Positions 1 through 8,554 of a stretch of 64,000 nt of DNA are shown in pieces (the first letter of the stretch is position 1; each line of letters starts with the position of its first letter). The notes under the pieces were generated by a model. It made no database searches and was not told the DNA's origin. It worked only from the letters and a program-made list of their open reading frames with translations. Made by a program: the position numbers and the translations under genes. Source of the DNA: an uncultured Acidobacteriota bacterium (GTDB taxonomy: Bacteria; Acidobacteriota; Terriglobia; UBA7540); assembly GCA_963804995.1 (NCBI GenBank), contig CAWDSK010000006.1, positions 928,001-992,000 on the forward strand, written 5' to 3'.

Positions 1-47
1 TGGCGAGTTACCTCAAAGACAGCCCGCTGAAGCTGCTCGAGGTTCAC
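1..47 (-). CDS. 5' end of probable DUF2063 (MNIO partner, BufC/HvfC-like) protein; runs off the window edge
   Basis: GTG at 47-45 overlaps the DUF692 stop (GTGA). It reads (M)NLEQLQRAVFEVTR, resembling DUF2063 N-termini, and this is the usual position for the partner gene. Confidence 0.55.
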   Translation of the reverse strand, partial: MNLEQLQRAVFEVTR

Positions 48-892
48 GAGGCCTCCCGCAATTGTCCCGGGAAGTAGCGCTTGGCCTTCAAGGCTTCGCG
101 GTGGACTTCCTGGAAAGAGGGAATACGATCATCCCACTCAAGCAACGTCGCCGTGGGGCCCGCCAATTCAAGGGCGCGCGCGTAGAGCGCCCAGACCGGA
201 TCGATGACGGGATGGTCATGCGTATCGAGGATGAGTTTCTGGTACTTGGTATGCCCCGCAATATGGATTTGCGCCACGCGCTCGGCGGGAACGCTGTTGA
301 GATATTCAAAGGGATCAAAATCGTGGTTCCGCGACGAAACGTAAATGTTGTTGACGTCCAGCAGGATTCCACAATCGGCGTCTTCCACCACTTCGTTCAG
401 GAACTCCCATTCCGTCATCTCGGAAACGTGAAACTCCGCATAGCTACTCACGTTTTCAACCGCCATGGGAACTTCCAGGAAGTCACGTGCCTCGCGAATT
501 TTCTGCGCGGTCCGCTTGGCAGCCTCAAAGGTGTAAGGCATGGGCATCAAGTCGTGCGTGTAACGCCCGTCCACACTTCCCCAGCAAAGATGGTCGGTCA
601 GCCAGGGAGTCTTGGTGCGCTTCACCAGGGATTTGAGTCGTTTCAAGTGCTCGCGGTTCAAAGGCTCGGCAGAACCGAAATACATCGAGACGCCATGCTG
701 GACTACCCGGTACCGCTCCAGAATCTGGTCGAGGACCTCCAGGGGGCGCCCCCCGTCCACCATGAAGTTCTCGGAAATGATCTCAAACCAATCGACCACC
801 GGTTTCTTCTTGAAGATGTGCTGGTAATGGGGGACGCGCAGGCCGATGCCTACGCCATAGTCCGTGTTTCCGTTGAAACGATTCGCCGGCAT
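44..892 (-). CDS. DUF692 family multinuclear non-heme iron-dependent oxidative enzyme (MNIO; MbnB/TglH/BufB-like)
   Basis: Motifs GIGLRVPHY, WFEIISENF, HGVSM, WLTDHLCW, ENVSSY, LLDVNNIYV, HIAGH, DTHD, LLEWD. Likely start is ATG 892 (MPANRF). Confidence 0.95.
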   Translation of the reverse strand: MPANRFNGNTDYGVGIGLRVPHYQHIFKKKPVVDWFEIISENFMVDGGRPLEVLDQILERYRVVQHGVSMYFGSAEPLNREHLKRLKSLVKRTKTPWLTDHLCWGSVDGRYTHDLMPMPYTFEAAKRTAQKIREARDFLEVPMAVENVSSYAEFHVSEMTEWEFLNEVVEDADCGILLDVNNIYVSSRNHDFDPFEYLNSVPAERVAQIHIAGHTKYQKLILDTHDHPVIDPVWALYARALELAGPTATLLEWDDRIPSFQEVHREALKAKRYFPGQLREAS

Positions 893-930
893 GGAGGTCT
901 TCCGCTGAGCGTTAAGCAAATGAGAGGACG

Positions 931-959
931 GTGGGCCGGCGATTGCACCGCCAGCCCAC
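931..959 (-). terminator. Intercistronic hairpin between precursor and MNIO genes
   Basis: Minus strand GTGGGCTGGCG-N7-CGCCGGCCCAC, an 11-bp stem with one G-U pair and no strong U-tract. Confidence 0.4.
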
Positions 960-976
960 GCGCCGAGAGTTCGCTT

Positions 977-1255
977 TTAACTAGCTGCTTTAGTATCTGT
1001 GCAGGGTTTGCCCTTACAACTGGTCTTTGTACTGCACCCACCCTGGCCGGAGCAGGCGTTCTTTCCCTTGTTGGCTCCGCAACCACCTTGACCCTTACAA
1101 GAGTTCTTTCCGGCACAACAGTGTTTCGCTGCCTTGGTGGACGATTTGGTGGTGTCATCGCCGGGTCTGGGCGCCGCGGTGGCGGAAACCGTCGTGCCCA
1201 CTACAAATCCCGTCAGAGCTGCACCGAGCAGAAGTTTTCGAGTTGTCTTGGTCAT
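977..1255 (-). CDS. Cys-rich exported RiPP precursor (bufferin BufA2-like), 92 aa
   Basis: GAGGAGG RBS; Sec-type signal peptide; core KHCCAGKNSCKGQGGC...GKNACSGQGGC...SCKGKPC with 8 Cys; directly upstream of DUF692. Confidence 0.85.
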   Translation of the reverse strand: MTKTTRKLLLGAALTGFVVGTTVSATAAPRPGDDTTKSSTKAAKHCCAGKNSCKGQGGCGANKGKNACSGQGGCSTKTSCKGKPCTDTKAAS

Positions 1256-1401
1256 GTGTAAATCCTCCTCGTTTGACGATTGTCCACGCCTGACGAAAGC
1301 GGTGCGACCAGTGGCAGAGACTAAACAAGCGTTAACTGCGCGCTTTCGCCAGCCGCGGTGAAACCACTCGCAATGACCTTAATTTGAACTAGCCCATGGA
1401 G

Positions 1402-1431
1402 ATACTAATTCGAGTGCGGACATTTTGTCAA
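1402..1431 (-). promoter_or_regulatory. Putative sigma70 promoter for the precursor/MNIO operon
   Basis: Minus strand TTGACA-N18-TAGTAT, about 150 nt upstream of the precursor ATG. Confidence 0.5.
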
Positions 1432-1521
1432 TGGCGTTGAGCAGGTGGTAGTGGGTCCATTTGTAGAGGCGGCGGCATTCATCCCGATCTGATCGGGACG
1501 CCGCTATTTAGTTCCCGTCTC

Positions 1522-1594
1522 GTAGCGGCGGGTTTACCCCGCCATTTTCGAGGCAGCATTACGTCGCCTCATGGCGAGGTAAACTCGCCGCTAC
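1522..1594. repeat. GTAG-type REP doublet (REPIN-like), family A copy 1
   Basis: GTAGCGGCGGGTTTACCCCGCCAT ... ATGGCGAGGTAAACTCGCCGCTAC; recurs at 4853, 36885, 58027 and 62375. Confidence 0.8.
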
Positions 1595-1729
1595 ATTTGG
1601 GTGGCGCGGTAAACTCGAGTCTGTCCAAATTAGTCTTTTCGCATACACTGAATTGGACAAACAGAGTGGGGAACAGTAATTTTCGGGCCTCCCCGAAGGG
1701 GGGACAAAAAATCTAGCCTTGATGAACGC

Positions 1730-1758
1730 TTGACTTGCCCCTAGGACGAAAGTACTAT
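1730..1758 (+). promoter_or_regulatory. Putative sigma70 promoter for the S53 peptidase gene
   Basis: TTGACT-N17-TACTAT. Confidence 0.5.
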
Positions 1759-1908
1759 TGCCTCAGCATTCGGCCAATTCTATACTTGTACGAGTTGTCG
1801 GAGAGGGCAGTTTCTCGTACTTAACCGCATTCCGGAAATCGAGGAAATTTTTAGCCCACCATTCTCAAGGGAAGTTTTCAGGTTCTCAAGGGCTACGGGG
1901 GCGAGCTT

Positions 1909-4497
1909 ATGAATCTACTATGGAAAAGAATTGAAGGGGTGGGGCGAGGACTGTTTGTGGTGCTGTGTTCGGCCATGCTCTTCTTCGCCATGGAAACGAC
2001 GGCGCAGGCGCAGTCCGCGCTGACGCGTCATACACGTAAAGCAGTAACCAGCGGGCAAGCGAAATTCTTCCACCGGCTGCCGGGAACGCAGACCTTGCGC
2101 ATCGACATTGTTCTGGCCTTGCGCGACGAAGCTGGGTTGGAGAAGTTCCTGCAAGAGGTCTACGATCCTGCCAGCCCCTATTTCCGCCACTTCCTCACGG
2201 TGCCGGAGTTCACGGCGCGGTTTGGTCCCAGCCAGGAAGATTATGAAACCGTGGTGGGTTACGCTCAATCCCACGGCCTGAAGGTGGTGGGGGGCTCCCG
2301 CGATGCCATGGACGTGCAACTGGAGGGCTCGGTGACATCCATCGAGAGTGCCTTCAATGTGAGCATGGGTGTCTACCAGCATCCCACGGAAGACCGTCAA
2401 TTCTATGCTCCGGACCGCGAGCCCTCGGTGTACCTGCCCTTCCCGGTGTGGCATATCTCCGGTTTGGATAACTATTCCATCCCGCATCCCGCCAGCTTGC
2501 ATAAGCGGCCTGCGGGGACGCCCATTGCCACGACGGGCTCCGGCCCTGGGTACTCCTTTTTAGGCAGTGACATGCGGGCGGCCTACTACGGGACAGGGTC
2601 TCTCACCGGAGCCGGCCAGAGCGTCGGATTGCTCGAATATGCCGGCACGGATCTGGCCGACGTGAACACCTACTACGGCAACATTGGCCAAACCAACACT
2701 GTGCCGATAACCCTGCTCTCAACCGATGGGACCAGCACCAGTTGTGTGGCTCCCGGTTGCGACGACACCGAACAGACGCTCGACATAACCCAGGCGCTCG
2801 GAATGGCTCCGGGACTTTCAAGTCTGGTGGTGTACATCGGGTCCAGCGATACCGCAATCATCAGCACCATGACCACGCACAACCCGCTGCCCACCAGCAT
2901 TGGCTGCTCGTGGGGGTGGACGCCGGTGGACCCCAGCACGCTTGACCCCTACTTCCAGAAGATGGCGGCTCAAGGCCAGACCTTCTTTGCCGCGTCTGGA
3001 GACAATGGCAACTGGGCGACGGCTAAATACGTGTGGCCGGCGGACGATGCGTATGTGGTTTCCGTCGGCGGCACGCAATTGTTCACCACCGGCGCGGGTG
3101 GCGGCTGGAGTTCGGAAACCGCCTGGGCAGATAGCGGCGGCGGCATCACCCGGAACGGAATCCCCATCCCCTCGTGGCAGCAGCTCTCCGGCGTGATCAA
3201 CTCGAGCAACCAGGGTTCGAAAACCCTTCGCAACGGCCCCGACGTATCGGCAAACGCGTATTGGTCCTTCTACGTCTGCTCCAACCAAACCACCTGCACG
3301 TCCAACAATTGGGGCGGCACCAGTTTTGCCGCGCCCATGTGGGCCGGCTACCTGGCGCTCGCCAATCAACAGGCGGTTGCCGGCGGCAGCTCGACGCTGG
3401 GCTCCATTAACTCGATCATCTATCCACTGGGGCTGGGGTCAGGGTATAGCGCTGACTTCCACGACATCACCAGCGGCAGTAACGGACTTCCGGCCGTAGC
3501 CGGCTACGATTTGGTCACGGGCTGGGGCAGTCCCAACGCGGGCTTGATCAGCGCACTGGTCACGGCAGGGACGGCGCCCACCTTCAGCCTTTCTGCCTCG
3601 CCCACCTCGGTCTCAGTGGCACAGGGTAACGCGGGAAATTCCACGATTACTTCCACCGTCGTGAACGGCTTTAACTCGGCGGTGGCCTTGAGTGCGAGTG
3701 GCCAGCCGGGAACCGTGACCGTGGGCTTCAATCCCACGTCCATCACGGGCACTGGCACCTCAATCATGACCATGACCGTGGGTTCGACCACAGCGGTCGG
3801 CACCTACACCATCACCGTTTCCGGCACCGGCAACGGCATTACGCAGACGACTACGGTTAAACTGACGGTGACCGGCCTGCCGCCTGACTTCACCATCGGT
3901 GCGTCGCCCAGTTCGGTCTCCGTGATGCAGGGCAAGAGTGGCCCTTCGACGATCACCACCGCTGCCTTGAACGGTTTTAGCTCGTCGATTGCTTTGTCCG
4001 CATCGGGTCTGCCGAAAGGCGTGACCGCCGGCTTCAGTCCCACGTCCATCCCCGCGCCGGGCTCCGGCACCTCAACCCTGACCTTGACAGTGTCCGCGAC
4101 CGCTGCTACCGGTACTCACACCATCACCATCACCGGCAAGGGCGGAGGCATTACGCACACGACCACGGTCAGTCTGACGGTGACCGCTGCACCGGTTGCT
4201 GACTTCACCATCAGTGCGAATCCGACGTTGGTCTCCGTGGCACGAGGCAGCAGTGGCACTTCGACTATCTCAACCGGTGTCATCAACGGCTTTAGCTCGT
4301 CGATCTCCTTGTCTGCGTCTGGCCTGCCGAAAGGCGTGAGCGCGAGCTTCACTCCCTCCTCCGTCGCCGCGGGCGCTTCATCGACTCTTAAGCTCACGGT
4401 GACCTCGCGTGCCAGCGCCGGGACCAAAACCATCACCATAACGGGCTCGGGGGGAGGCAAAACGCATACGACCACAATCTCTCTCACGGTCACGTAG
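1909..4497 (+). CDS. S53 (sedolisin/kumamolisin-like) serine peptidase with pro-domain and three C-terminal Ser/Thr-rich Ig-like repeats
   Basis: Signal peptide; activation domain; catalytic EQTLD, SGD and GGTSFAAP; Ca-site DITSG..GYDLVTGWGSP; three ~100-aa repeats starting FxxSASPxSVSV. Confidence 0.92.
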   Translation: MNLLWKRIEGVGRGLFVVLCSAMLFFAMETTAQAQSALTRHTRKAVTSGQAKFFHRLPGTQTLRIDIVLALRDEAGLEKFLQEVYDPASPYFRHFLTVPEFTARFGPSQEDYETVVGYAQSHGLKVVGGSRDAMDVQLEGSVTSIESAFNVSMGVYQHPTEDRQFYAPDREPSVYLPFPVWHISGLDNYSIPHPASLHKRPAGTPIATTGSGPGYSFLGSDMRAAYYGTGSLTGAGQSVGLLEYAGTDLADVNTYYGNIGQTNTVPITLLSTDGTSTSCVAPGCDDTEQTLDITQALGMAPGLSSLVVYIGSSDTAIISTMTTHNPLPTSIGCSWGWTPVDPSTLDPYFQKMAAQGQTFFAASGDNGNWATAKYVWPADDAYVVSVGGTQLFTTGAGGGWSSETAWADSGGGITRNGIPIPSWQQLSGVINSSNQGSKTLRNGPDVSANAYWSFYVCSNQTTCTSNNWGGTSFAAPMWAGYLALANQQAVAGGSSTLGSINSIIYPLGLGSGYSADFHDITSGSNGLPAVAGYDLVTGWGSPNAGLISALVTAGTAPTFSLSASPTSVSVAQGNAGNSTITSTVVNGFNSAVALSASGQPGTVTVGFNPTSITGTGTSIMTMTVGSTTAVGTYTITVSGTGNGITQTTTVKLTVTGLPPDFTIGASPSSVSVMQGKSGPSTITTAALNGFSSSIALSASGLPKGVTAGFSPTSIPAPGSGTSTLTLTVSATAATGTHTITITGKGGGITHTTTVSLTVTAAPVADFTISANPTLVSVARGSSGTSTISTGVINGFSSSISLSASGLPKGVSASFTPSSVAAGASSTLKLTVTSRASAGTKTITITGSGGGKTHTTTISLTVT

Positions 4498-4554
4498 TGA
4501 TGATTTTGAAAGTGAGATAATTCGGTACTCAGTGCGGTAGATTTGGGTATTGAT

Positions 4555-4589
4555 TGGCCCGGATCAGTTGGTCCGGGCCATTCTTTTTT
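4555..4589 (+). terminator. Rho-independent terminator after the S53 gene
   Basis: TGGCCCGGATC-AGTT-GGTCCGGGCCA followed by TTCTTTTTT. Confidence 0.75.
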
Positions 4590-4852
4590 GCCGGGCGGGT
4601 TCGACCGCTTGCCGTGAAGGTCCTCAACGCAACCCAGCTTCAGGGTAGTGGTGCAGTTTGGTTGTAAGCGTCCGGGGGCTGGCGCCCCGACGAGTCGGGG
4701 CGATTCACGCATCTGCTCATGCTCCCCAAATTCTCGATTCATCGACGCCGCTTCGAGCCTGGACCTAATCACAGGATTGAGCTCGCCCTGCGCCAGCCGG
4801 CCGGGGATCGGTCGATGGGGGCTCCACACCGGGCGAGGCAAACTCCTGTTTC

Positions 4853-4925
4853 GTAGCGGCGGGTTTACCCCGCCGTTTTCAAGACGGCATTACGCCGCCA
4901 TAGGGCGGGGTAAACTCGCCACCAC
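4853..4925. repeat. REP doublet family A copy 2
   Basis: GTAGCGGCGGGTTTACCCCGCC ... GGCGGGGTAAACTCGCCACCAC. Confidence 0.75.
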
Positions 4926-4969
4926 AACTTCGATCCTGAAATTTGAAATCAGGACAGCCCCGGCGAAGA

Positions 4970-6367
4970 TCACCGGTTATCGCCTGGCCTGGCACAGCGG
5001 AAGCCAAAGAAGTCGGACCGGGCATCAGGTTTGTAGAAGTAGCGGTCCGAAGCCCGCAGGAGCTTGGGGTCGTCAATCCACGACCCACCGCGCAAAACCC
5101 GCGCCTGACCACTGGCTGGCCCCGGCGGGTCTGCGGACGGGCTTTTCTGATAATAGTCCTGGCCGTACCAGTCGTTCACCCACTCCCACACATTTCCAAG
5201 GGTATCGAATAAACCAAACCCGTTAGGGCGCTTCCCGGCCACGCTATGTGTATGGTTTGTGCTGTTGGTTTTATTCCAGGCGATGTCATTTAGGTCGCCA
5301 TAGCGGGCCGCTGCACTCCCTCCCCGCGTCACATATTCATATTCCGCCTCGGTGGGCAGGCGTCCTCCAACCCAGGTACAGTAATCCTGCGCCTCATCCC
5401 AGGTCACGTCCACCATGGGCAGGCTATCATCCTTCCAGTCCCTATATCGCTTGGGAGATTCGGGCGGCATTTTCCGTTTTCCAGTCGCCACAAAACGTTT
5501 GTAGGCCCCCACGGGAACCTCACTCTGCCCAATCCACATGGATTTGCTGAGAGTAACCTGATGTGCAGGCTTCTCCGGGTCAGCGCAATCGTTATCTCCT
5601 GGCGAGCAACCCATCATGAAAGCCCCGGACGGTAACCAGACATACGGGAGTCCATCTGTGGGGTTTACCTGCAGGCTGTCGCGGAGCTTTATTTCGAGCT
5701 GCGACTCCGTTCCAGCAGTGACCACGACTGTTTGGAGCTCATCCACCTTGCCACGGGCTGAGACGCGCAAATCATGCGTCCCCGGGGGAACATCCGTAAA
5801 AACATAACCCCCGCTCGCATCGGCCGTTCCCGGGCGCGTATTGTCCAGTGACATGTTAGCTCCCGCCAGGGTTAACACCCGGACGGATTCCGGTGCGTCT
5901 ACAAGTGCTGCCCGGAACTTGTTGACTTGCCCTCCGGTAATGGTGATTATCTGCTCGAAGTCTTTTTTGCCGTCCAGCTCTACGGTCAGGGCGTGGGAGC
6001 CAGGTGTTACGCTCAGCGTGAGTTGGCCATGGGCATCGGCCTGGCCCTGAAGGACTCCATCCAGGTGGATGGTTGCCCCCGGCGAGGTTTCCACCACCAA
6101 CTGCGTCTTCACTGCGGCACTTGCCTCCTGGACGGCCGCGATCAGGGCTTTGTTGGCGCCAGCCTTTGCCAACGCCCGAAGATAGTTATCGTCTGCTTGA
6201 AAATCTATGCCGCGCTCCTTTACAAGTTCCGCCGCCCTCTGATTGGGAACGCCACCGGATATCAGTTCCAGCAACTGCTGTTTGGAGAGGGGCTTCTCAG
6301 CTTGGGGTGAGACGGCAGGCTGCCCCATGGCCGCAGCAAACAGAAGTAAGAGTAGAATGAATCTCAT
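4970..6367 (-). CDS. SUMF1/FGE-sulfatase domain protein with N-terminal PEGA-like domains, exported
   Basis: Signal peptide; FMMGCSPGD, P.H.V, RLPTEAEYEY, NGFGLFDTLGNVWEW, RGGSW, GFRC. Confidence 0.88.
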   Translation of the reverse strand: MRFILLLLLFAAAMGQPAVSPQAEKPLSKQQLLELISGGVPNQRAAELVKERGIDFQADDNYLRALAKAGANKALIAAVQEASAAVKTQLVVETSPGATIHLDGVLQGQADAHGQLTLSVTPGSHALTVELDGKKDFEQIITITGGQVNKFRAALVDAPESVRVLTLAGANMSLDNTRPGTADASGGYVFTDVPPGTHDLRVSARGKVDELQTVVVTAGTESQLEIKLRDSLQVNPTDGLPYVWLPSGAFMMGCSPGDNDCADPEKPAHQVTLSKSMWIGQSEVPVGAYKRFVATGKRKMPPESPKRYRDWKDDSLPMVDVTWDEAQDYCTWVGGRLPTEAEYEYVTRGGSAAARYGDLNDIAWNKTNSTNHTHSVAGKRPNGFGLFDTLGNVWEWVNDWYGQDYYQKSPSADPPGPASGQARVLRGGSWIDDPKLLRASDRYFYKPDARSDFFGFRCARPGDNR

Positions 6368-6576
6368 TTTCCACCTGCCAGAGGGAAACCAACCGGACTG
6401 TCCTCTGAATGATAAGTTGCTTTTACCTGAAGGCTATACACCCTCCCAAAGAACAAGGCAAGGAAGAAATGCGCAGAATGGGAGCTGGCAAAAAACAAAG
6501 TCCGGCGATCGAGAAGGACAGGCGCGAGCCCCGGATGTGACGCAGCGGCAGGTTATAGGGTAGAATTCAGAACGCC

Positions 6577-6852
6577 ATGGACCCCGGCGATGAACCCGTG
6601 CGCATCCCCATTACCGACGTTTTCGACCTCCACACCGTGCAGCCGAAGGAGGTCCGCGAAGTTGTTGAAGCCTATCTTGAGGAAGCTAATCGCCTGGGAT
6701 TGAAAGCGCTACGCATCATTCATGGCCGGGGCATAGGCGTGCAGCGAGAGATCGTGCGTGCTGTTTTGGCCCGCACGCCGTTCGTTCACTCCTACCGGGA
6801 TGCGCCTCCCGCAGCCGGCGGCGGGGGAGCCACACTCGTGACCTTGCGTTAG
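6577..6852 (+). CDS. Smr/MutS2 C-terminal domain protein
   Basis: DLH...IIHGRGIG...GGGGAT Smr signature. Confidence 0.9.
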   Translation: MDPGDEPVRIPITDVFDLHTVQPKEVREVVEAYLEEANRLGLKALRIIHGRGIGVQREIVRAVLARTPFVHSYRDAPPAAGGGGATLVTLR

Positions 6853-6986
6853 CGTCTTCCCTCTGCTTTGGAATCACTCAAGTTCTGGATTTCGAAGTCG
6901 CTGGTCGAGGCCGAAGCAAGGCCGTCCAACGGCATGGGTTGCGGCCTGACATCGACCGTGTGTTGGTCACGCGATTCCGAACAGAA

Positions 6987-7445
6987 TTATTTGGAGGGTA
7001 ACGGTTCAAGCACGCGCACCGGGGAGATTTCCAGTTGGTCACCAACCTTCGTCTCGGTGCGGAAGACCGTTTGGGTAGGAAGTTCCAAAACACTCTGGGC
7101 TTTGAGACGCACCTTGGATATTCGAAAAGGGCCCACGTGTTCTTCAACGTCCACCACCACGTGCTGGCGGTCGAGGAAAATCAGATCCAAGGCGTACAAC
7201 ATGCCGATCGTGTGGATTCCGTGCGAGGGCACGATCCACAAACCCTTGCCAGGCTGGGCCCATTGCCGGGTGGTGCCTAGCAAGCCGACGAGCCGGCTGA
7301 AGTAGCCGTCCGCCACTTGGGCCTGCGTTGCGACAAACGTCTCCCGAGTCTTGTTATAGACGTAGACGTACTTCCCACCCTTCAGGTCCGACACGTGCAC
7401 GGATCCCGCCTCACTCGTCAACGTCTCCGGCTGGCTACCCACCAA
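6987..7445 (-). CDS. DUF192 family protein (start uncertain)
   Basis: ADGYFSRLVGLLG, GLWIVPSHGIHTIGM..ALDLIFLD, VLELP. Confidence 0.85.
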   Translation of the reverse strand: MVGSQPETLTSEAGSVHVSDLKGGKYVYVYNKTRETFVATQAQVADGYFSRLVGLLGTTRQWAQPGKGLWIVPSHGIHTIGMLYALDLIFLDRQHVVVDVEEHVGPFRISKVRLKAQSVLELPTQTVFRTETKVGDQLEISPVRVLEPLPSK

Positions 7446-7450
7446 CGGCC

Positions 7451-7546
7451 CTACTTCGATGCCTTCTGCTTCCGGCGCCAGATGATGATAAATAGGACGA
7501 TGATCGCTGCTACCCCCGCGATGATCCGAATTGTAGTGGTATCCAT
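7451..7546 (-). CDS. 31-aa single-pass membrane peptide MDTTTIRIIAGVAAIIVLFIIIWRRKQKASK (not in ORF track)
   Basis: AGAGGAG RBS upstream of ATG 7546; TAG at 7453-7451; hydrophobic helix plus basic tail; fills the tadC-DUF192 gap. Confidence 0.7.
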   Translation of the reverse strand: MDTTTIRIIAGVAAIIVLFIIIWRRKQKASK

Positions 7547-7618
7547 TAGTAGTCTCCTCTCTTCATGCCCGCAGGAATTCTTGCCAGAATGACCTTGGCC
7601 CTATCGAACGCGCCCAGA

Positions 7619-8530
7619 TCACCTGTGTGTCAGCATATTAAGGGTGTGCAACAAAGTAATCACGGCCGGGCCCAAGATCACCACAAACAGAGCCGGAAAG
7701 ATAAAGATCACCATGGGGAAGATCATCTTGACGGCAGTCTTGGCGGCCATTTCCTCCGCACGCTGCCGGCGTTTGGTGCGCAAATCATCAGAGTGGATGC
7801 GCAGGGCCTGCGCAATGCTGGTGCCGAAACGGTCGGTCTGAATCAGGGTGGCCACCAGCGCTTTGACGTCTTCAACGCCGGTCCGCGCGGATAGGGAACG
7901 TAACGCGTCGAGGCGACTCTTCCCCACGTTGACCTCGGCATTGACAATGTCGAATTCTTCCGACAATTCCGGATGGGCAATCCTCAACTCCTGGCTGACG
8001 TACAAAAGCGACTGATCCATCCCCAAGCCCGCCTCCACGCAAATCACCAAGAGATCGAGGGCGTCAGGCAACGCCAGTTGGATTGTCAATTGCCGTTTCG
8101 CCACACGCCGGGTCAGCCAATAGTCCGGCCCGAAGAATCCCACTATCGCCGCCATTAGAATAATGAACACGGGATTCTGCTTATAGAATCCCGTGATGAA
8201 GACCAAACCCTCCAGCACAACAATCGCCATAATCCGGGCGGCCCGCATGGCCATTGCCGCTTCCGGCTTCCTATAGCCGGCCCGTACCAGCAAGATGTTC
8301 GGCTCCGCAGTTCCGCTCGACGACGTCGGTATGATACTGCCCAAGATTCCGAGGATCCACGCCCCAAGTTCGTTGCGCTTTTCCGCAAAGTCCGCAGCTC
8401 GGGAGGTCGGTATGCGCCAGAGGCGGCCGAGACGTTCCGTGACGAGCAGACGGCCGCTAGAAAACGCGAAAGTCAACGCCATCATAACCACCATGACCGC
8501 CACGAAGATGATAACTACGGACCCGATCAT
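7619..8530 (-). CDS. tadC: Tad pilus inner-membrane platform protein TadC (T2SS F family)
   Basis: LPDALDLLVICVEAGLG, QTDRFGTSIAQALR, AEEMAAK. Confidence 0.92.
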   Translation of the reverse strand: MIGSVVIIFVAVMVVMMALTFAFSSGRLLVTERLGRLWRIPTSRAADFAEKRNELGAWILGILGSIIPTSSSGTAEPNILLVRAGYRKPEAAMAMRAARIMAIVVLEGLVFITGFYKQNPVFIILMAAIVGFFGPDYWLTRRVAKRQLTIQLALPDALDLLVICVEAGLGMDQSLLYVSQELRIAHPELSEEFDIVNAEVNVGKSRLDALRSLSARTGVEDVKALVATLIQTDRFGTSIAQALRIHSDDLRTKRRQRAEEMAAKTAVKMIFPMVIFIFPALFVVILGPAVITLLHTLNMLTHR

Positions 8531-8554
8531 GACCCCACTATCTCCTCGTGATTC

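Noticed and set aside
62..1261. 399-aa plus-strand ORF
   Set aside because: Antisense shadow of the DUF692 and precursor genes with no recognisable motifs. The same applies to the many antisense ORFs over the tad, GT and TonB genes.
4648..4720. tRNA-like start GTGGTGCAGTTTGGT
   Set aside because: No anticodon arm, T-arm (GTTCRA) or acceptor stem; more likely the end of a repeat element.
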